A stretch of DNA of 62,935 nucleotides, counting the filler, from Collodictyon triciliatum (lineage: Eukaryota): NCBI GenBank assembly GCA_043381765.1. It is 3 parts of 3 records of this genome, joined end to end, with 100 filler letters (N's around TTAATTAATTAA, not from the genome) between each part and the next. Parts side by side here need not be neighbours in the genome. Positions count along the whole stretch, not along the records: positions 24,385 to 46,289 come from JBHJMP010001097.1; 2 more parts are not named here. One strand, 5' to 3'. The translations under genes were made by a program, and so were the position numbers. Positions 29,783-43,288 of the stretch are shown here, one piece after another. Position 1 is the first letter of the stretch. Every line of letters starts with the position of its first letter. A model generated the notes under the pieces. That model ran no database searches. It saw nothing but the letters and a program-made list of their open reading frames with translations, and had not been told where the DNA came from.

Positions 29783-31269
29783 ATGGCCGAGACTCACAAC
29801 TCGAAACTCTTTCACGTCTACAAAACTGTGTTGGAGATGCTCAACGACCGGAACTATATTATCCTGGATCAGCAGCTGAAAATGACTTTGGAGGAGTTCC
29901 GCTCCATGTACAGGTCCTCCGAGGGAGAGCAAGTCAGGTGAACCCAAATCTCAACCAAGACCATTTTTCCCAGTGTATAATTAAGTCTTATATGGACTCA
30001 CATCATTCGAGGCAGCCAAATACTGTTTTTCACTAAAAAGAAATGTAATATAGCCGAGATAAGCTCATGATTGTCGCTGCACACCGTGAGGTTTCAGACC
30101 AGCACCTCTTTGTTTTCTTTCCCGAGGTGGAGAAGATCAGGGCGGACGACATTGGAGAGTGCGTTTTTCCCTCTCCTATTTCTTCTTTACCAGTTGTTTA
30201 TTTTCGCATTTATTTCAAACATAAACTAAATTCTGGGTGTGCAATAATAACGGAGAACCAGGATAACAGAAAACGAATGAAGATTCATTGCAGTTTGGAT
30301 ACGTATCCTGCATGTAAATCCTTTTTTATGACTCTATACATATCATGCTCAGTTTTATTCAAAGAGCGAAGCTGCAAAACGCAAAGTCGGCCATTCTCAT
30401 CACACAAGAGAAACTTTCCAATATCCATATGAAGGTAAATAACTGCGTTGAGCTTGTCATTTTGTTTGTGTCTTGTATTTTACGCTTTTTATGCTTTTTT
30501 ATGCTTTTTTATGCTTTTTTATGCTTTTTTATGCTTTTTTATGCTTTTTTATGCTTTTTTATGCTTTTTTTTATTCTTTTGGTGTGTTTTGGTGTGTTTT
30601 GGTGTTTTTTTTCTGGAACATATTTGGCGACCGTTTGATGTTGTTTTCTTTTACAGAGAATTGATAAAGCGCCCGAATTGAGCATCGAAACATTTGTTGA
30701 GGAAGAGCTAGCTGTAAACATCACACGACATGAATTTGTCCCGACCCATGTCCCCTTGAAACCACTGGAGAAACAGGAACTCCTTGAAAGATAGTGAGAA
30801 AAGGATATTTCCATCCATACTTATCTTCGATGTTTCCTTTCAAATACCTCTCTTTCGTTCGAGAAATAGAGGTTATGCATTTTAATCTAAAGATGTTGCT
30901 CGATTACTATATAATTTGTAACTCCGTGATGAGACCCTCATTCAACTTAATTGAAATATATTTTCTTATTTTATTCAAAAATGGAAAGCAAACTGAAGGA
31001 GTCTCAGCTCCCGCGTATCCGCAAAGACGACCCCGTAGCTCGCTATTTTGGGTTGAAACCACAAGACGTATGATTTGTTACCTTTCTTATCCACTGCCTT
31101 AATTAATTAGGGTGGAACGAATATTTGTCTAATACCTGGTCACCTTTCCATTATATTTGTATTTTCTGAGTTGATTTTTACTACGTTATTCCTCTTATAA
31201 CAGGTCGTCAAGATCATCCGAAAGAGTGAAACCGCTGGTCGCTACGTTACCTACCGCCTTGTTGTTTAA
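29783..31269 (+). CDS. RPB5: DNA-directed RNA polymerases I/II/III shared subunit RPB5 (RPABC1), 6 exons
   Basis: Fully spliceable with GT-AG introns: [78 protein letters not shown] (TAA 31267-31269). Confidence 0.98.
30483..30570. repeat. Intronic (ATGCTTTTTT)n decamer repeat in RPB5
   Basis: About eight tandem 10-mers. Confidence 0.95.
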
Positions 31270-32348
31270 GCTCTGGCCTTGCACAGAACATGTCTCTGCG
31301 CTCGTTCACATATCAAACTCCGAAATAAAAAAAAGGAGTAATCCGTGGGCAAGTGTAGAGATAATTGGCTTTGACTAGTAAATGGGACAGTGCTCTTTTT
31401 CAATACCTTTATAGTAATGCTTGGTTGAATCCTTCAATTTCTTTTCTATATTTTATCTTTTCGTAGCTTTTTTTTTTAATTTTTTGTGCTTTGATTTGAT
31501 TTGATGTGCTGTGCTTTCCTTGACTTAGTTATTCGTCAGATTCTTTCTGTAGCCTTGTTTAAATCTTATGCAAGAACCCAGGAATTATGGTGCTGGGAAT
31601 ATATTTGTGCATCACGGGGTGTTGTCAGATGATTAGGTGGCCCATTCTGGAGAACTCGGTAGTAATCGGGGTGGGCGTGACCCCGCGTAGCCCTTACATC
31701 GGCCTTCCGGTAACTTCTTGGTAATGAGCACAAAAGCCGCAACTGCCATTCACCAGTGACAGTGTCTCGCTGTCCATAAACAATTAGCATCTTACTTCCG
31801 GTCTTTGTTGGGGTCGTACCATGCGGCGGTCGCTTGTGCGGCGGCATATCACAACTTGCTTTCAATGTAGCTGGTGGAAGCTGCTTCTGCCACAAGAGAG
31901 GCTGCTGTGACGGAGTTTATTTTTAGCGTGTATAATAATGTTTTGGGGTTGAAATTGATTTAATTAAGTGAGAATGAACAATATGTGCTTTATTTTGCAA
32001 TTTCATCGTTATTTTCCAGAAATGCATATCCGGCTACTTCTCCCGTTGTCTGCGGTTGCTGGAGTCGCCGAACAAACCGCGCACAACACTTGCATTTCGC
32101 CGAAGCTTCAGCACAAACAGAGACCGCCGCCGGGGCTGTGGGCGGGTTCGTTGGGCTCACAAACGCAGCAAAATCAATCAGCCGCTGCGCCCAACGCCGC
32201 TTTGTTCTTTGCTTCTGTGCTGCCACACCTCCCTCTGGGCCTACCACGCTACCTGGGTACCTTTTGAATTGAAACCAAGCGTAACAAAAGCATAAAGAAA
32301 GAAAAGAAAAGATAAGCTGCAGCCACCAGAGGGCGTTGGACAAGGATA

Positions 32349-35300
32349 ATGAGCAGCAAGCCTGGAGCCCATGCTAGTTATCGTGTGATGTATACCAAGC
32401 ACTTAACCCAAGTAAGCAAGAACCCTCTTGCCGTGCGACTAAAAGAATAGACATAGTTTTTATAAACGTATGCATTCATGTTTCTATGGGTTGGACTTTT
32501 TTTTTTATCATGCCTTATTTCTTTTGCTTCTAAGTCTCGTTTAAATTAGAAGACAAAGTCTTGGGTAGATGGCGTTGCAACGATAAACGAAAATGGTCGA
32601 GTAAGTTGCCCCTCTTTCTCTTTCTCTTTCTCTTTCTCTTTCTCTTTCTCTTTCTCTTTCTCTTTCTCTTTCTCTTTCTCTTTCTCTTTCTCTTTCTCTT
32701 TCTCTTTCTCTTTACATAATGTTATATACGTACTCATAAACCAGTTTTTATCCAGTAATAATTATTTCAACTTTGAGCTAGCATATTTTGTTCTCAGGAC
32801 GAAATGAATAATCGTCCGGTGATGATTGATTTATGCTCTTTCACATCAGGGTACAGTACGCTCTCAAAGCGGTGTCTCCGTTGATTCATTCGTCTTGGCT
32901 CCGGAAGCTCGGTTAGATTTTACGGATGGGTAAGTACCGCCCTCAATCAGCATACCTTCATTTCTTTGTAACGTACTTTCATCCATTAAAATATCAGATT
33001 CGAATTCAAAGGCGAATCTCACCTCATTCAAGTGGTAGAGGCAATAGTTGATGCAGCCCCTGACCAAAATGAAAAATTACATCCAGTATGTACTAATGTT
33101 TCTGGTAGTGTTACAAGCAAGGTATTTTCTTATCATGCCTTCTATCATCTCATATCATATTTTATATCGGAATTATTATTTTTCTAGAATCTCTTTTCTA
33201 CAAAGTACTCAAAACTGCATAGATTTCCTCCCAATCGATGCGCCCCAGGATGGTGCGTCCTGTCGGGAAATCTCTTGTTCGCACAATTTCATCAAATCAA
33301 GGGGTTTCTAACACTACAAAACTTGTCACAAATGTATCCGTGGTAGAAGATGGGACACTTATTCAAAATAGAAATCAGAGCTTATCCTTGACAAAGTCTG
33401 TGTTCGAAAAATTTGACATGGATGCTCCGCTGATGTTTAATGACCTCGCAGAAGACAATTTTGTCAATCATAGTCCATTTTCAAGCTCATCCCACGCACA
33501 CATTAGAGATGGTTTGAGCAATAGTACACTTTCACCACGATTTATGCCCATACAATCATCTATATTCTAACATTCCTGATCCAATGTAGTATCGTCTGTG
33601 TTGAGCATGATAGACCAAGGTGGACAAACAACCTACGAACAAGAATCAAATGCTGAGTATCTCTCGGAAGACGAGTGAGTATAATTTCTCTTTGGAATAT
33701 ATTCCTGATGAATCAAGTCTGTTACACGAATCATATTATGTTTTACTGTTTTATTGATTCTCATAATGTAAATCACATATACGTAGCATTTTTAATATAT
33801 TGTTTTCAAAACAAAATCGTTGGATTAGGGGCCCATCCAAGTCTCGGCCATTTCTGAAGCGATCTGAGGCTGATTCTTTCATGACACTTGACTACACCAC
33901 TGTAGAAGATAATGAAGAGGACACCTCGCCATTCAAAAAGGCTCGGAATCGCTTGCTCATGAATAGAAAAACACCAGACCAAAGATCTCATATCTTAATG
34001 GATGATGGCGGGGCTTGCTCCAATATTTTTGTCGCAGTGCCTTCTCAAGTGACTGACTATAGTCATGACCCCCAACATCCCAAAAAGCACCAACAAGAGG
34101 AATCTATAAAAGCTGTCCGAAATACGAACATACCTAGGGAAATGAATGAGTTTATCGACAAGATGACGTATTCATCTAAATTAGACATTGTTTTCCTAGT
34201 TCTTTATTTATGAATGTACTTAAACCCGATCTCCAAAATTATAAACCACAACCTTAAGCGAAGAGAATTTTGACTTTGCATAATTGTGATGGGAAAGTTT
34301 CATGTTCACTTTTACTGTTTTCCCGTAATTACATCAAACAAATATTTTAGGAGAACAGTTGTCTTTCCATCAGGCACCGATATTCAGGGTGTACTTAAAA
34401 TGACAAGGAAAATTTGCATACCCGATAGTTTCGAAAATTTATCGAATTACAAGAACGTTTTTTTATCAGCCTTGTATGAAGACTTGAATTTTGCCATCTA
34501 CTCTATAGCAGGTTTATTTTTGGAAGAATAATATTCAATACATGCCTTTGGTAACTCTTTTTGTCGGTATTCAAAGAATACCTTTGTGTAAATGTAAATT
34601 ACATAATGTGTTCTCATCATATGTTTGCAGAGAATTTCCACAAAACATTCAAGAAACTCGAACTGAATGAAACTTCAGCTCCTGGGTCAGAGGTTGACTC
34701 TACTCCAAGCTGTTCACATGGGAAAGCCGTGCTTAGAGTCGTAAAAAAACCTGGACCAAATAATGGTAGTGTTAAATCTTGTGATTCGCATAATTGGCTT
34801 TTTCAAATAAGTATAATTGTTATAAACGCAGTTCTTGCATGCTTATGTTTCCTTTTTCTCTCTTTTTTTCTCTCTTTTTTTCTCTCTTTTTTTCTCTCTT
34901 TTTTTCTCTCTTTTTTTCTCTCTTTTTTTCTCTCTTTTTTTCTCTCTTTTTTCTCTCTTTTATCTTTTTTTATCTTTTTTATCTTTTTTATCTTTTTTTA
35001 TCTTTTTTTATCTTTTTTTATCTTTTTTATCTTTTTTATCTTTTTTTATCTTTTTTTTATCTTTTTTATCTTTTTTTATCTTTTTTTATCTTTTTTTATC
35101 TTTTTTTATCTTTTTCTTTTCTTTTCTTTTCTTTTCTTTTCTTTTCTTTTCTTTTCTTTTCTTTTCTTTTCTTTTCTTTTCTTTTCTATTTATTGCATAT
35201 GTTTCCTTGCTCATTAACTCATTGGCTGAATAGTTAAATATTTTCTTCTCTTATACTCAGGGAAGGCATTCTACGCCTGTCCAGGTGCAAAAGGAAACTC

Positions 35301-38300
35301 TTGCTCTTTTTTCAAATGGATAGAGATGGGAGCAGAAAGCAAAGAAAAGTAATAAATATGCATCATCACATACTTTTGATGAGGTTTAATAATCGGATAT
35401 TGCTAGTTCAATTAAAGTGCCAAAAGATGCCAGAGGAAGGGAAAGTCTGATACGAAAGTTCGGAGTAAAGTATTACTCAAACTGTGATTTCATCGTTAAA
35501 AGGTTTTATGATCATACTCTTCAAGAGAAGCTCGCATATTTCATCGACAATTTTGATCAGAAAGTGATTGTCACATATTCTTAATTATTACATTTCATAG
35601 ACCTCAAGAATCTACATTCTTTCAAAAGAAATCATTCGCAAAATACTTTAACAAGCACTCGAATTACGATGAGGAGCCTAAGGTTTATTTCTTTTCTATA
35701 AATATATAAACCAATTTTAATTGACATTATTCCTATAGCCAAAAGGAGAGATCAAGTACTTTTTGAAACTGCCCAAGAAAGTGCATAATGAAGAGTATGT
35801 GTTGCATTACAATCTTTATAATTCTTTGTTTACGTGAATTTTTAACGCGTTTGTATGTCCTCACTATCACTCCACGTGCTTTACCTCTGACATCTCCCTG
35901 AAGCTACTCAAAAGGTAAACCTTATTTAGGTTCTCTTACTTCTTAGGAATCTTTTTCGCTTCATCTGTTCCTCAATTTTTCATAATTTTTTAGAAGACAT
36001 TTGGATACTCTCTACCGTGCCTTCTTTTGACCCTTCAGGCATCAACGAAAAATTGGTGTGCATGAAAAGGTTAGGCACATATGAAAAGTCACTTCAAAAA
36101 ACAAAAATAAAATGAAGCTTTGTCCCTCTTTTTTTTTTTTTTTTGTTTTGTTTTGTTTCACACGTGCACCCACGACTCTTTTTTTTTTTAATTTATTTAT
36201 TTATTCGTATTTTATGACTTCATTAGCTCTTACTATGGCGTGTCCACTAATTCAATGATTGAGGTTTGTTTAATTTAAATTCTTGAGTTTTCTTTCCTGT
36301 TCATTACTCTGTAATTTGGATGCGATGATAATGCATATCGGGCACGTTCTTATTTCAATTCAAAATTGAATTCAAATAGCTTGTGCCTATCGGGGCTCGT
36401 CCTACTATTTCTTCGGGGTCGTGTGTTTACGCAATAAAAACAATAAATGGAACCTCCTATTTTTCAATGATTGGTAAATGAAATAGATAATATTCTGTAA
36501 GATGTCTTCTGTTAAGTTAGTATTCATCCTTAAAATCAAAATTTAGAAAATTTAGTGTCTATGTCGACGAATAGTCTCGGATTTATACCTTGTTTGATTG
36601 GATCTTGTAAACACTCCAAATTGGTACCAATTAACGAATTTTTATATATGATTGTCACCCGATAATTAAGATTTGATTCATCCTTTTAATATATGATATC
36701 ATCAGGATTCTTCATCAGCCAACGCCAGTAATTTTCTTTATTCGATTAATATATATATAATGTTTACCTCAATTAACTTGGTCGACGCGGCATATTTGCT
36801 TCATTAATATACATGTATGTCTTTTTTTTTCCCACTGTATCTTTTGTAAAGATAATCGACCTCTCGCACCCTTGCACCGCCGTTCCAACCAGGTGTGTTA
36901 TATATGATATCTGTGAATGAAATGAGTGCGTGCCATTTGAGATTTAATTTATGCCTTTAATTTTCTTCAATAAGTTGGGGTCCAGCTCGATGAGCTTGTC
37001 TCTTTCTAAAGCAGATATCGACCGTGTCATATCCTCTGAGATAAAATCATTCAACCTCAATGAAGATCAGGAGCGGTTTGCTCTCCTCTAATGAGAATTT
37101 TAATGAATTAATACACAGCTCACTGTAGGGAGTTTTTGTAAGAAAAAAAAGAGAGGTAATAAATAAGTAAATTTCTATTCAATAATTATTAACACGCTTA
37201 ATACAATGACTATTGTTATGATGCAGTGTTATATGGTCGTGCACAAAGTGGTTTTATCCCCAGCAAGTAGGCTTTTCCTCTTACCATAATTTTTTATTTA
37301 ACCTCGCAATTAAACATAATAAATCGTATATTAAGCAAGAAACAGGCGATGATAACATTATACTTGTGCATGGGATATTTGGGTCTGGAAAGAGTTTTCT
37401 ATTAATCGGTAGATTTTAAGACATATTTGAAGATATGCAATCGTTACTTTGGCAAATGAGACAGGAATGATTCGCTAATAGGAAGATTTTTCCATTATAT
37501 TCTCTTCGGAAAAAGCTCTTATCATCATTGTATGCAAGCTGCTAGAAATTTCCCAGAATAAAAATATTCGTATTTTAGTTGCTGGTTAGTATTATTTTTT
37601 TCAAAATAAAAGCACCACATTTTTTTCTACATCCCTCAACTGTTATGAATTTTCCAAGGCATTAATAACATAAATGTGTTGATTTTATTTTAAATATCCA
37701 ATCAATTATTCCTTTCGTATTTAGCTCTGACCAATACAGCGGTAGATAGAATTCTGCAAGGTCTGATTGATAAAGTTCCTTTTGTCAGGGTGGGAAATAT
37801 CAAGAGGATTGCAAAAAACGTGCTCCCTTTTTTACTTACCAAGATGACCAAGGAAAGCGAGAAAGGTTTATTACACCGTTCGATCGCTTTTTTTTTTTTG
37901 AAGTCTGAGATTTGTAGCATCATCTTTCTATTCTGGTATTATAATATAGTCGACTGCATTTACTCCTGTCAAATATTTAAAATTTTCTGGATTGACTTTA
38001 GAGGCAGAAAGAGAACTGAAAGAATTATTGTACGATGCATCTCCCACGGATGTATGTTCACCAATACAACTCGAAATCATGTTTAAAATAAAATGTTTAA
38101 TTGGTATTATGTCCATTTTCATGAAACCGTGCTTTTCAAAAACAACAAGGTGCCCCACATTCAACAAGCTCTTGATGATTTGAAATCTGGAAGAATGGCA
38201 CAAAGGGCTGAAAAGCTCAAATCGTATAGGGTTGTCGGTGTGTTTGCCACCTTTTTAAGAAGAAAACGTTTATTTTATTGTCTTTTTATGTCCATACTGA

Positions 38301-41300
38301 TTATATGTCACGATTAACCAAAGGGACAACGTGCAACGGCGCCACATTGCCTGTTTTGGATGAAAACGATTTTCCCATCGGTATTTTATTCAAAAAGAAG
38401 AGCAGGCCGAAACAACATTTATTTCAAGTAGCATGTCATAATAAAATTAGCTACACAGTTCTTTAATGGTTTTTTTTTAAAAAAAAAAAAAAAAAAAACA
38501 AGTTATTTTGGATGAATGCAGCCAGTCGATGGAGCCCCTGTCAATGCTTCCCATGGTTCGATTTAGGAGCAAAAAATTGGTTTGTAGATATGAGACAGCA
38601 AAAGCTTTTTTTTTTTTTTATAAAAAAATCATATGAAAAAAGAAAAAAGAAATAACAAGGGCAAGAAACCCGTCTCATCGAAGGGGTATCATCTAATAAA
38701 TGTTCTTATATCACCTTTTATATAATCTATTTTCTTATGATTATTTTAATTTTAAAAAATCAGATAGCTGTGGGTGACCCTTTACAACTTCCTCCACAAC
38801 TCGCTGGTCACTTGGATGAGGAAGGGTCAAATGAAACTCTTGAAAAAACATTATTTGTCAGGCTGGGAAAAATTGGACACGAAACAATTCTCCTCCGCAC
38901 GCAATATCGGTAACACAAATATTTAATATGTATTCAATCCTGGTATGAAATGTAATGGACATGTACATCTCAGTTGTTTTGAACTGGCTTTTTTCTAGAT
39001 ACTTTATGTTCCTCATTGATGCATTTTTTGTAATAAAAAACTTTAACGAGTTCAACCATAGTATTCTTTGCATTTTTTTTATTTTGTATTTAATTTGATT
39101 GCCGGAACTACTGCTGCATGAATTGAAAAAAAACAGTAAGTGTCAATTTCACCGTAGTTGCCATCCAGCAATCAGTCATATTGCGAATGTACTGTTCTAT
39201 GACCATAAGCTCAAGGATGGTATCACTGCTTTTAATAGGCCCGCTTTAGTTGACCTTCCCCCAGGTAATAACAACGAGATTTATTTAGCCCCAAATATTT
39301 AAATAACCCAGATGTGATTTAATCTATTGTAAATGCGTTACTGTCGATGCCTCCATGTCGCATGTATTGAATGAAAGGAGAGAAATGAATATGTATAGTC
39401 GTCAAAGAGAAAGTCCCTGTCAAATACTTCTCTATATCTTCTTTTTTATATGAGCTAAGCTCAATGGTAACGTAGATTGATAGAATAAAAAAAGTGATAA
39501 ATTTGGATGCCTCTATTAGTCTGTCTTGTGGATGTCGTAACAGGAAGTGAGGCAACAGGACCCCACAACAGCTATTTGAATGAAGCAGAGGCCACACATA
39601 TATCTAAATTTGTAGAGGCGCTTCTGAAGTCAGGAATGGAAGGGGACCGAATCGGAATCATAGTCCTCTGTGAGTTTGTTACTTTTTCAAAACCGCACGC
39701 ACTCTCATTTATTTCTGCTGGTTATTACTGCTTTGATTAAAGGTGATATGTGCAATGTATTTGTATTTTTCACTACAAATCTCAGGCTTCGTCGTGTTAT
39801 GTTGTTTTGTTATTCATAGAAAAAATCATCGTTTGTGCATTTTGCTATTTGCTATTAATGTATTATTGTTATGGAGCGCTGAAAAGAAAAGTAACGAATT
39901 TTCGTACAGACCGAGCGCAAATCCAAGTTATTTCCGATAAGTTATCAACTTGCATGGGTGTTGCACAAAATACAAGAGCTTTTGCGGCATCCAATGTTCT
40001 TGGTGTTCAGGTAATTGCAAGGCGAAGTGTGTATACAATATTCGTAAATCTAGTCGATTTTCTTTGTTTGCTAAGTATTCCTTTAAAAAACATATATAAA
40101 AAGATATCGACTGTAGATGCTTTTCAAGGGGCAGAAAAGGGTATGTCAAGAAGCTGATATACTTCAACTCATTATATATTATATCTCTTTTTTCCTATAC
40201 TCTATCGTTTTGCTTCGTAAGCGACTGATGAAAGAAATTGTTAAAGATATCACGTGTATTGAATAACTTTTCCTCTGATTTATTTGCTTTGGTTTCCAAA
40301 AATCTAGATGTAATCGTTGTGAGCATTTGTCGAACAAGCAGGCTAGGGTTTGTTGAGTCTGAGAAGCGATTGAACGTTGCGATTACGCGAGCAAAGAACC
40401 ACCTAGTGCTTTTTGGCCGGCGTCAGGTTTTGACATCCTCAACATGGAAGAAGCTTGTCCAAATAATAGAAGTGAGTGGCAGACTTTTCTCTTTTTTTTT
40501 TCTTCTCATAGGATAATACGTGCTTTATTTATTTATCTGAAAACACTCCGATTTTACACTATGCATTAAACATGGCCTGATAGATATCGTGATTTTTATC
40601 TATTCAGTATTATATGATGGTATGCCCCTAGACTAACCAAAACTCAACCACTTTTCATGAAAACGTTTGTACTTTTGAAAAAGGAAAAGAAAGGCGTATT
40701 GAAAGAAACAGACCTTCAGAGACTTCGACTCACATATTTACAACCTATTGATGACGACTTTATCTTGGTTTGTTTATACTTCATAGAATCTTTTTTAAAA
40801 AATAAACTATTGGGTTAAGTAAATTCCCAAATTTGTTTTTTTCTTAAGGGCAATATTTTTTTTAAAAAAGAAAAAAACCAAAAATTAATTACCTACGAAG
40901 GATGAGAGAGCACCAGCAAATAGCAGAGGAGCGAGGACAGATAGTGATACATTTCCTGGCGATATGGATTTCTTTGCCGAAGAGGAAATCGAACGGGAGT
41001 TGCTCAGGGAAAATAAGCCTCAGAGTGATTCCGGAAGACGACAAATTGAAACGTGTCATGAGTCAAAAGGAGGGGATAGTCTCTTTTTTGAAGGCGTTGC
41101 GGATGTTTACGATAATTCCTTGGATGATGCGCTTTTGTGGATGGACGAACCCTCCTCCGTGGCTGACTCCTTCAATGGGCCACCAGAAGGAGCAGCACAG
41201 AACGTAGGAGTTGATGCATCCTGTCCTTTCGACTCACGATTCACGGTATGCTGTGCGGTGGAATCGACCATCTTTGATAACCTTGCATATTCACTCAATT

Positions 41301-41746
41301 TGTCAAGTTTTTTTAAAAATTTTTTTTATTGATTCCTGAATTGTGGCTTAGGTTTGGTTTGTTTGTTGTGTGTAATTGCGAGAAAGATATTGATGATATC
41401 TTGCCAAAAACTGTCATATTTTGAAAGCTTTTATTATTTATTTATTTATTACCAAAAAAGTTCATTCAAACCCATGTAGAATCGTTTTAATGGGACATGC
41501 GACGGGAAATGGATGGACATGGCTCTGTTTGGGGAGGCACCGAAGGCCGAGCCAGCAGAAGCAAACAACAAAGAGGGCCACGCAGGTTCGTTGGGAGGGA
41601 GTTTGGCAGAAGAGAGGAAGACGAAAAAGACGGAGGGGGAGGACAAGGTGGGTGCCGCCAGGGTGGTGAGGGTGGCATCGGCCCCTTCTCTGAGTGCATG
41701 CAGGGATCTGCCGACAGACCTCGACGACTTGACCGATTTGGTGTGA
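32349..41746 (+). CDS. ZGRF1: ZGRF1: DUF2439 + GRF zinc finger + UPF1/DNA2-like SF1 helicase
   Basis: N-terminal YRVMYTKHLTQ|KTKSWVDG (DUF2439); CSHGKAVLRVVKKPGPNNG|KAFYACP..CSFFKW (GRF); LVHGIFGSGKS, VILDECSQSMEP, VGDPLQLPP, LRTQYR|CHPAIS, ISTVDAFQGAEK, RLNVAITRAK; acidic tail probably ending at TGA 41746. Confidence 0.92.
32614..32713. repeat. Intronic (TTTCTC)n repeat in ZGRF1
   Basis: Perfect hexamer run. Confidence 0.95.
34852..35186. repeat. Compound pyrimidine-rich intronic repeat splitting the GRF finger of ZGRF1
   Basis: (TCTCTTTTTTTC)n, (ATCTTTTTT[T])n and (TTTTC)n blocks. Confidence 0.95.
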
Positions 41747-42108
41747 AGCTCCAGACACGGGGTTTGTTGTGCGGCGTGTGGTTCGGTTGGGGCCAAAGAA
41801 AGAAACAGTACTGGTAACAATAAAGAGAGAAGGAAAGAAAATGGCCAAAAATCCCCACCACACTTCCAAGCGTGAGCTTTTCCTGACATGCCTGTACTTT
41901 TCCTGTATTCCTGTACTTGCCTGTATTCTCCTGCCCACCCACGCACGCACGAGCGCATTCACTGCCAGGCCTTCCGCGGGTTGTGTTGTGGGGGTTTTTT
42001 ATGGCAGATTAGTTATGGTACGGCTATTTTGACGGAGAAAGGCGGGTGGTGTGCGGAGAGAGGGCCGGGTAAAGTACGGAGAAGCAAAGAGAGTCGGGAG
42101 GGGCACGC

Positions 42109-43153
42109 TCAGCTGCGATGTTTGGAGGCGCACTCGATAAAGAAGGCGAGGATCTCTGCCTCGCGGGCCGTGACGTTTGCGACGTTTGTGCCGAGGGCAG
42201 TGAGCAGAGACGGTGAGGAGCAGGCAGGGGGCGGGGCGGCCTTTGCCGGGGGCGATGGCGGAGAAGCGCTGCGGGGCGAGTGCGGATTCGAGTGCGGATT
42301 CGAATGCGAGTGCGAGTGCGAATGTGTGCGTGGAGCAAAGTGTGTGCGGCGCGGCTTGAAGGCCGGGACGCTGAGTGAGTTGAGCGACGAGGATGACGAG
42401 GATGACGAGGATGACGAGGCTGCGGACGAGGCTGCAGTAGTAGTCGCAGTTGTGGCCGTAGCAGCTGCAGTTGCGGTTGCAGTTGGGGCTGAGGGAAGCG
42501 CGCTGCGATGGGTCTTCTGCTTGGTGGGGCTGGGCGGCGGGCGGAAGAAGCACTGCTCGTAGCTGCAGCAAGGCTGGGTGAGCTGACAGGTGACAGGTGA
42601 CAGGTGGATGTGACAGGTGGATGTGACAGGGCACCTGAAGAGGTACTTGATGTAGTGCTCGCGCAGACGGGTGGCGGCGTCGGTGCGCTTCGGGGGCAGG
42701 CCGAGGGCGGCAATGACCTGGCTCCACATCTTGGAGGAGATGACCTGCAGAGGGGGCGATGAGGGCGGGTGCTCTGTTTGGGTATGAATCCGCAGAGACG
42801 AGGCAGAACGGGGTGGGACTTACGCGCTCGACGCCGCCGCGGGCAGTGACCTCGGCATAGAGGCGGAAGAGATCCAGCTCGTGGTGCGCGAGGGTGGGCA
42901 CGCGCTCGATCGGTGCGCCGCGGTCGCGCATGAAGCGGTGCAGGTGTGCAAGGAATGCGCTGCGCTCGTCTGCGTCTGCGTCCGCGTCAGCGTCTGTGTC
43001 TGCCTGTGTGGCTGTGGCAGCGGTTGTGGTTGTGGCTGTGGCTGTGGCTGTGGCAGCGGTTGTGGCCGGGATGCACAGGGGCAGGGCAAAGGGCGGCGGG
43101 GTGTGCAGCTGCAGCAGCATCTCGCTGATGGACGGCAGGCGTTCGGTCTGCAT
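42109..43153 (-). CDS. ARID/BRIGHT-domain transcription factor, 3 exons
   Basis: ERSAFLAHLHRFMRDRGAPIERVPTLAHHELDLFRLYAEVTARGGVER|VISSKMWSQVIAALGLP..DAATRLREHYIKYLF|SYE; introns 42745-42823 and 42563-42634 (GT-AG); Ala/Thr, Ser and His-Ser low-complexity flanks. Confidence 0.93.
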
Positions 43154-43280
43154 GGCGGCGCGTCTGGGCTGTTGGGTGCGTGTGGGTCGTCAGAATCTGC
43201 TCGGCTGGGCGCGCATGTTCGGCGCTGTGTGGAGCACATATGTTCCGTCGCCCCAACCCATTTGCCCATCCGCACCCCGC

Positions 43281-43288
43281 TTTATATA
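43281..43288 (-). promoter_or_regulatory. Candidate TATA box of the ARID gene
   Basis: TATATAAA on the minus strand embedded in GC-rich sequence about 130 bp upstream of ATG 43153. Confidence 0.5.

Noticed and set aside
29846-30146. RPB5 deviations DRNY (usual DRGY) and KIR (usual KVG) as evidence for genome-wide A-to-I editing
   Set aside because: Only a few sites in the variable N-terminal domain; conserved Gly/Trp/Glu codons elsewhere in RPB5, ARP5 and ZGRF1 are genomically encoded. Would need RNA-DNA comparison.
30483-30570. Regular short repeats as a CRISPR-like array (also 5566-5633, 60608-60752)
   Set aside because: Head-to-tail repeats without unique spacers, inside eukaryotic introns; no cas genes.
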